Positions 55,901-64,000 of a stretch of 64,000 nucleotides of DNA are shown here, piece after piece. Position 1 is the first letter of the stretch. Each line of letters starts with the position of its first letter. The stretch is taken from contig OZ024742.1 in NCBI GenBank assembly GCA_964016885.1, positions 378,138,001 through 378,202,000 of the forward strand, read 5' to 3'. This DNA comes from Eledone cirrhosa (taxonomy: Eukaryota). The notes beneath the pieces are model-generated. The model worked only from the letters and a program-made list of their open reading frames with translations, searched no databases and had not been told where the DNA came from. A program made the position numbers and the translations under genes.

Positions 55901-57140
55901 CAACAAGAACATAGAGGGGAATCTCTATAACTTGAGAACAAATAGTGCCAAAGTGTTTCTAGAAAGTCACAACAAGAACATAGAGGGGAATCTCTACAAT
56001 TTGAGAACAAATAGTCCCAAAGTGTTTCTGGAAATTCACAACAAGAACATAGAGGGGAATCTCTACAACCTGAGAACAAATAGTGCCAAAGTGTTTCTAG
56101 AAAGTTACAACAAGAACATAGAGGGGAATCACTACAACTTGAGAACAAATAGTGCCAAAGTGTTTCTGGAAAGTCACAAAAAGAGAATAGAGGTGAATCT
56201 CTCCAACTTGATAACAAATAGTGCCAAAGTGTTTCTGGAAAGTCACAACAAGAACATAGAGGTGAATCTCTACAACTTGAAAACAAATAGTGCCAAAGTG
56301 TTTCTAGAAAGTCACAACAAGAACATAGAGTGGAGTCTCTACAACTTGAGAACAAATAGTGCCAAAGTGTTTCTGGAAAGTCACAACAAGAACATAGAGG
56401 GGAATCTCTACAACTTGAGAACAATTAGTGCCAACGTGTTTCTGGAAAGTCACAACAAGAGAATAGAGCTGAATCTCTACAACTTGAGAACAAATAGTGC
56501 CAAAGTGTTTCTGGAATATCACAAAAAGAGAATAGAGGTGAATCTCTACAACTTGAGAACAACTAGTGCCAAAGTGTTTCTGGAAAGTCATAACAAGAGA
56601 ATAGAGGTGAATCTCTACAACTTGAGAACAAATAGTACCAAAGTGTTTCTGGAAAGTCACAACAAGAACATAGAGGGGAATCTCTATAACTTGAGAACAA
56701 ATAGTGCCAAAGTGTTTCTAGAAAGTCACAACAAGAACATAGAGGGGAATCTCTACAATTTGAGAACAAATAGTCCCAAAGTGTTTCTGGAAATTCACAA
56801 CAAGAACATAGAGGGGAATCTCTACAACCTGAGAACAAATAGTGCCAAAGTGTTTCTAGAAAGTTACAACAAGAACATAGAGGGGAATCACTACAACTTG
56901 AGAACAAATAGTGCCAAAGTGTTTCTGGAAAGTCACAAAAAGAGAATAGAGGTGAATCTCTCCAACTTGATAACAAATAGTGCCAAAGTGTTTCTGGAAA
57001 GTCACAACAAGAACATAGAGGTGAATCTCTACAACTTGAAAACAAATAGTGCCAAAGTGTTTCTAGAAAGTCACAACAAGAACATAGAGTGGAGTCTCTA
57101 CAACTTGAGAACAAATAGTGCCAAAGTGTTTCTGGAAAGT
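52910..57140. repeat. Higher-order repeats of 1725 bp (25 monomers) with 552-bp (8) and 759-bp (11) sub-duplications
   Basis: ORF offsets are 52965/54690 and 53517/55242 (1725), 52965/53517 (552), and 55804/56563 (759). Confidence 0.85.
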
Positions 57141-60100
57141 TACAACAAGAACATAGAGGGGAATCTCTACAACTTGAGAACAAATAGTGCCAAAGTGTTT
57201 CTGGAAAGTCACCACAAGAACATAGAGGTGAATCTCTACAACTTGAGAACAAATAGTGCCAAGGTGTTTCTAGAAAGTCACCACAAGAACATAGAGGGGT
57301 ATCTCTACAACTTGAGAACAAATAGTGCCAAAGTGTTTCTAGAAAGTCACAACAAGAACATAGAGGGAAATCTCTACAACTTGAGAACAAATAGTGCCAA
57401 AGTGTTTCTGGAAAGTTACAACAAGAACATAGAGGTGAATCTCTACAATTTGAGAACAAATAGTGCCAAAGTGTATCTGGAAAGTTACAACAAGAACATA
57501 GAGGGGAATCTCTACAACTTGAGAACAAATAGTGCCAAAGTGTTTCTGGAAAGTCACCACAAGAACATAGAGGTGAATCTCTACAACTTGAGAACAAATA
57601 GTGCCAAAGTGTTTCTAGAAAGTCACCACAAAAACATAGAGGGGAATCTCTACAACTTGAGAACAAATAGTGCCAAAGTGTTTCTAGAAAGTCACAACAA
57701 GAACATAGAGGTGAATCTCTACAACTTGAGAACAAATAGTGCCAAAGTTTTTCTGGAAAGTCACAACAAGAACATAGAGGTGAATCTCTAAAGCTTGAGA
57801 ACAAATAGTGCCAAAGTGTTTCTGGAAAGTCACAACAAGAACATATAGGGGAATCTCTACAACTTGAGAACAAATAGTGCCAAAGTGTTTCTAGAAAGTC
57901 ACAACAAGAACATAGAGGTGAATCTCTACAACTTGAGAACAAATAGTGCCAAAGTGTTTCTAGAAAGTCACAACAAGAACATAGAAGGGAATCTCTACAA
58001 CTTGAGAACAAATAGTGCCAAAGTGTTTCTAGAAAGTCACCACAAGAACATAGAGGTGAATCTCTACAATTTGATAACAAATAGTGCCAAAGTGTTTCTG
58101 GAAAGTCACAACAAGAACGTAGAGGTGAATCTCTACAACTTGAGAGCAAATAGTGCCAAAGTGTTTCTAGAAACTCACCACAAGAAAATAGAGACGAATC
58201 TTTACAACTTGAGAATAAATAGTGCCAAAGTTTTTCTGGAAAGTCACAACCAGAACATAGAGGGGAAACTCTACAACTTGAGAACAAATAGTGCCAAAGT
58301 GTTTCTGGAAAGTCACAACAAGAGAATAGATGTGAATCTCTACAACTTGATAACAAATAGTGCCAAAGTGTTTCTGGAAAGTCACAACAAGAACATAGAG
58401 CTGAATCTCTACAACTTGAAAACAAATAGTGCCAAAGTGTTTCTAGAAAGTCACAACAAGAACATTGAGTGGAATCTCTACAACTTGAGAACAAATAGTG
58501 CCAAAGTGTTTCTGGAAAGTTACAACAAGAACATAGAGGGGAATCTCTACAACTTGAGAACAAATAGTGCCAAAGTGTTTCTGGAAAGTCACCACAAGAA
58601 CATAGAGGTGAATCTCTACAACTTGAGAACAAATAGTGCCAAGGTGTTTCTAGAAAGTCACCACAAGAACATAGAGGGGTATCTCTACAACTTGAGAACA
58701 AATAGTGCCAAAGTGTTTCTAGAAAGTCACCACAAGAACATAGAGGGAAATCTCTACAACTTGAGAACAAATAGTGCCAAAGTTTTTCTAGAAAGTCACA
58801 ACAAGAACATAGAGTGGAATCTCTACAACTTGAGAACAAATAGTGCCAAAGTGTTTCTGGAAAGTTACAACAAGAACATAGAGGTGAATCTCTACAACTT
58901 GAGAACAAATAGTGCCAAAGTGTATCTGGAAAGTTACAACAAGAACATAGAGGGGAATCTCTACAACTTGAGAACAAATAGTGCCAAAGTGTTTCTGGAA
59001 AGTCACCACAAGAACATAGAGGTGAATCTCTACAACTTGAGAACAAATAGTGCCAAAGTGTTTCTAGAAAGTCACCACAAGAACATAGAGGGGAATCTCT
59101 ACAAGTTGAGAACAAATAGTGCCAAAGTGTTTCTAGAAAGTCACAACAAGAACATAGAGGTGAATCTCTACAACTTGAGAACAAATAGTGCCAAAGTTTT
59201 TCTGGAAAGTCACAACAAGAACATAGAGGTGAATCTCTAAAGCTTGAGAACAAATAGTGCCAAAGTGTTTCTGGAAAGTCACAACAAGAACATAGAGGGG
59301 AATCTCTACAACTTGAGAACAAATAGTGCCAAAGTGTTTCTAGAAAGTCACAACAAGAACATAGAGGTGAATCTCTACAACTTCAGAACAAATAGTGCCA
59401 AAGTGTTTCTAGAAAGTCACAACAAGAACATAGAAAGGAATCTCTACAACTTGAGAACAAATAGGGCCAAAGTGTTTCTAGAAAGTCACCACAAGAACAT
59501 AGAGGTGAATCTCTACAACTTGAGAACAAATAGTGCCAAAGTGCTTGTAGAAAGTCACAACAAGAACATAGAAGGGAGCTCTACAATTTGAGAACAAATA
59601 GTGCCAAAGTGTTTCTAGAAACTCACCACAAGAAAATAGAGACGAATCTTTACAACTTGAGAACAAATAGTGCCAAAGTTTTTCTGGAAAGTCACAACCA
59701 GAACATAGAGGGGTAACTCTACAACTTGAGAACAAATAGTGCCAAAGTATTTCTGGAAAGTCACAACAAGAACATAGTGACGAATCTCTACAACTTGAGA
59801 ACAAATAGTGCCAAAGTATTTCTGGAAAGTCACAACAAGAACATAGAGGTGAATCTCTACAACTTGAGAACAAATAGTGCCAAAGTGTTTCTAGAAAGTC
59901 ACAACAAGAACATAGAAGGGAATCTCTACAACTTGAGAACAAATAGTGACAAAGTTTTTCTAGAAAGTCACCACAAGAACATAGAGGTGAATTTCTACAA
60001 CTTGAGAACAAATAGTGCCAAAGTGCTTGTAGAAAGTCACAACAAGAACATAAAGGGGAATCTCTACAACTTGAGAACAAATAGTGCCAAAGTATTTCTG

Positions 60101-63100
60101 GAAAGTCACAACAAGAACATAGAAGGGAATCTCTACAACTTGAGAACAATTAGTGCCAACGTGTTTCTGGAAAGTCACAACAAGAGAATAGAGCTGAATC
60201 TCTACAACTTGAGAACAAATAGTGCCAAAGTGTTTCTGGAATATCACAAAAAGAGAATAGAGGTGAATCTCTACAACTTGAGAACAACTAGTGCCAAAGT
60301 GTTTCTGGAAAGTCATAACAAGAGAATAGAGGTGAATCTCTACAACTTGAGAACAAATAGTACCAAAGTGTTTCTGGAAAGTCACAACAAGAACATAGAG
60401 GGGAATCTCTATAACTTGAGAACAAATAGTGCCAAAGTGTTTCTAGAAAGTCACAACAAGAACATAGAGGGGAATCTCTACAATTTGAGAACAAATAGTC
60501 CCAAAGTGTTTCTGGAAATTCACAACAAGAACATAGAGGGGAATCTCTACAACCTGAGAACAAATAGTGCCAAAGTGTTTCTAGAAAGTTACAACAAGAA
60601 CATAGAGGGGAATCACTACAACTTGAGAACAAATAGTGCCAAAGTGTTTCTGGAAAGTCACAAAAAGAGAATAGAGGTGAATCTCTCCAACTTGATAACA
60701 AATAGTGCCAAAGTGTTTCTGGAAAGTCACAACATGAACATAGAGGTGAATCTCTACAACTTCAAAACAAATAGTGCCAAAGTGTTTCTAGAAAGTCACA
60801 ACAAGAACATAGAGTGGAGTCTCTACAACTTGAGAACAAATAGTGCCAAAGTGTTTCTGGAAAGTCACAACAAGAACATAGAGGGGAATCTCTACAACTT
60901 GAGAACAATTAGTGCCAACGTGTTTCTGGAAAGTCACAACAAGAGAATAGAGCTGAATCTCTACAACTTGAGAACAAATAGTGCCAAAGTGTTTCTGGAA
61001 TATCACAAAAAGAGAATAGAGGTGAATCTCTACAACTTGAGAACAACTAGTGCCAAAGTGTTTCTGGAAAGTCATAACAAGAGAATAGAGGTGAATCTCT
61101 ACAACTTGAGAACAAATAGTACCAAAGTGTTTCTGGAAAGTCACAACAAGAACATAGAGGGGAATCTCTATAACTTGAGAACAAATAGTGCCAAAGTGTT
61201 TCTAGAAAGTCACAACAAGAACATAGAGGGGAATCTCTACAATTTGAGAACAAATAGTCCCAAAGTGTTTCTGGAAATTCACAACAAGAACATAGAGGGG
61301 AATCTCTACAACCTGAGAACAAATAGTGCCAAAGTGTTTCTAGAAAGTTACAACAAGAACATAGAGGGGAATCACTACAACTTGAGAACAAATAGTGCCA
61401 AAGTGTTTCTGGAAAGTCACAAAAAGAGAATAGAGGTGAATCTCTCCAACTTGATAACAAATAGTGCCAAAGTGTTTCTGGAAAGTCACAACAAGAACAT
61501 AGAGGTGAATCTCTACAACTTGAAAACAAATAGTGCCAAAGTGTTTCTAGAAAGTCACAACAAGAACATAGAGTGGAGTCTCTACAACTTGAGAACAAAT
61601 AGTGCCAAAGTGTTTCTGGAAAGTTACAACAAGAACATAGAGGGGAATCTCTACAACTTGAGAACAAATAGTGCCAAAGTGTTTCTGGAAAGTCACCACA
61701 AGAACATAGAGGTGAATCTCTACAACTTGAGAACAAATAGTGCCAAGGTGTTTCTAGAAAGTCACCACAAGAACATAGAGGGGTATCTCTACAACTTGAG
61801 AACAAATAGTGCCAAAGTGTTTCTAGAAAGTCACAACAAGAACATAGAGGGAAATCTCTACAACTTGAGAACAAATAGTGCCAAAGTGTTTCTGGAAAGT
61901 TACAACAAGAACATAGAGGTGAATCTCTACAATTTGAGAACAAATAGTGCCAAAGTGTATCTGGAAAGTTACAACAAGAACATAGAGGGGAATCTCTACA
62001 ACTTGAGAACAAATAGTGCCAAAGTGTTTCTGGAAAGTCACCACAAGAACATAGAGGTGAATCTCTACAACTTGAGAACAAATAGTGCCAAAGTGTTTCT
62101 AGAAAGTCACCACAAAAACATAGAGGGGAATCTCTACAACTTGAGAACAAATAGTGCCAAAGTGTTTCTAGAAAGTCACAACAAGAACATAGAGGTGAAT
62201 CTCTACAACTTGAGAACAAATAGTGCCAAAGTTTTTCTGGAAAGTCACAACAAGAACATAGAGGTGAATCTCTAAAGCTTGAGAACAAATAGTGCCAAAG
62301 TGTTTCTGGAAAGTCACAACAAGAACATATAGGGGAATCTCTACAACTTGAGAACAAATAGTGCCAAAGTGTTTCTAGAAAGTCACAACAAGAACATAGA
62401 GGTGAATCTCTACAACTTGAGAACAAATAGTGCCAAAGTGTTTCTAGAAAGTCACAACAAGAACATAGAAGGGAATCTCTACAACTTGAGAACAAATAGT
62501 GCCAAAGTGTTTCTAGAAAGTCACCACAAGAACATAGAGGTGAATCTCTACAATTTGATAACAAATAGTGCCAAAGTGTTTCTGGAAAGTCACAACAAGA
62601 ACGTAGAGGTGAATCTCTACAACTTGAGAACAAATAGTGCCAAAGTGTTTCTAGAAACTCACCACAAGAAAATAGAGACGAATCTTTACAACTTGAGAAT
62701 AAATAGTGCCAAAGTTTTTCTGGAAAGTCACAACCAGAACATAGAGGGGAAACTCTACAACTTGAGAACAAATAGTGCCAAAGTGTTTCTGGAAAGTCAC
62801 AACAAGAGAATAGATGTGAATCTCTACAACTTGATAACAAATAGTGCCAAAGTGTTTCTGGAAAGTCACAACAAGAACATAGAGCTGAATCTCTACAACT
62901 TGAAAACAAATAGTGCCAAAGTGTTTCTAGAAAGTCACAACAAGAACATTGAGTGGAATCTCTACAACTTGAGAACAAATACTGCCAAAGTGTTTCTGGA
63001 AAGTTACAACAAGAACATAGAGGGGAATCTCTACAACTTGAGAACAAATAGTGCCAAAGTGTTTCTGGAAAGTCACCACAAGAACATAGAGGTGAATCTC

Positions 63101-64000
63101 TACAACTTGAGAACAAATAGTGCCAAGGTGTTTCTAGAAAGTCACCACAAGAACATAGAGGGGTATCTCTACAACTTGAGAACAAATAGTGCCAAAGTGT
63201 TTCTAGAAAGTCACCACAAGAACATAGAGGGAAATCTCTACAACTTGAGAACAAATAGTGCCAAAGTTTTTCTAGAAAGTCACAACAAGAACATAGAGTG
63301 GAATCTCTACAACTTGAGAACAAATAGTGCCAAAGTGTTTCTGGAAAGTTACAACAAGAACATAGAGGTGAATCTCTACAACTTGAGAACAAATAGTGCC
63401 AAAGTGTATCTGGAAAGTTACAACAAGAACATAGAGGGGAATCTCTACAACTTGAGAACAAATAGTGCCAAAGTGTTTCTGGAAAGTCACCACAAGAACA
63501 TAGAGGTGAATCTCTACAACTTGAGAACAAATAGTGCCAAAGTGTTTCTAGAAAGTCACCACAAGAACATAGAGGGGAATCTCTACAAGTTGAGAACAAA
63601 TAGTGCCAAAGTGTTTCTAGAAAGTCACAACAAGAACATAGAGGTGAATCTCTACAACTTGAGAACAAATAGTGCCAAAGTTTTTCTGGAAAGTCACAAC
63701 AAGAACATAGAGGTGAATCTCTAAAGCTTGAGAACAAATAGTGCCAAAGTGTTTCTGGAAAGTCACAACAAGAACATAGAGGGGAATCTCTACAACTTGA
63801 GAACAAATAGTGCCAAAGTGTTTCTAGAAAGTCACAACAAGAACATAGAGGTGAATCTCTACAACTTGAGAACAAATAGTGCCAAAGTGTTTCTAGAAAG
63901 TCACAACAAGAACATAGAAAGGAATCTCTACAACTTGAGAACAAATAGGGCCAAAGTGTTTCTAGAAAGTCACCACAAGAACATAGAGGTGAATCTCTAC
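55250..64000. repeat. Higher-order repeat, 4484-bp period (65 monomers -1 bp), ~2 copies
   Basis: Near-identical ORFs at 55242/59726, 56563/61047 and 57864/62348. Confidence 0.92.

Larger units (their letters stand above)
11052..64000. repeat. Satellite DNA array, 69-bp monomer, ~770 head-to-tail copies, runs off the window end
   Basis: Consensus GAGAACAAATAGTGCCAAAGTGTTTCTRGAAAGTCACAACAAGAACATAGAGGKGAATCTCTACAACTT (~38% GC, no CpG). Single orientation throughout, typically 0-5 substitutions per monomer, occasional 66/68/70-bp monomers, no foreign insertions seen. Confidence 0.99.

Noticed and set aside
10988-64000. Dozens of long ORFs on both strands as host protein-coding genes (LRR-like or zinc-finger repeat protein)
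   Set aside because: They arise from the 23-codon period. Starts are almost all TTG/GTG/CTG, stops and frameshifts are propagated in HORs, and there are no unique N- or C-terminal domains.
11052-64000. CRISPR array
   Set aside because: The units are contiguous with no unique spacers, there are no cas genes, and the context is eukaryotic.

Overview
Eukaryotic, AT-rich, gene-free repetitive DNA. The SINE families resemble ones I recall from octopus/cephalopod genomes (unverified). Bases 1-11050 are a mosaic of transposon fragments and microsatellites: two tandem non-autonomous Helitron-like elements, an RTE-type LINE endonuclease fragment, tRNA-derived SINEs, and a 5'-truncated Penelope-like element (GIY-YIG) with inverted pseudo-LTRs. 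Four minimal hammerhead ribozyme motifs from three families lie between 4660 and 7950. From ~11050 to the window end is a >53 kb satellite array of a 69-bp monomer (~770 copies) with nested higher-order repeats. The most notable observation is that the satellite appears to derive from the C-terminal CCHC zinc-knuckle coding segment of a LINE ORF2. The edge monomer reads CSCGDSAETLWHYLFHC on the minus strand and runs directly into a degenerate LINE-like C-terminus and 3' tail. The many long ORFs over the array result from the 69-bp (23-codon) periodicity and are not considered genes.
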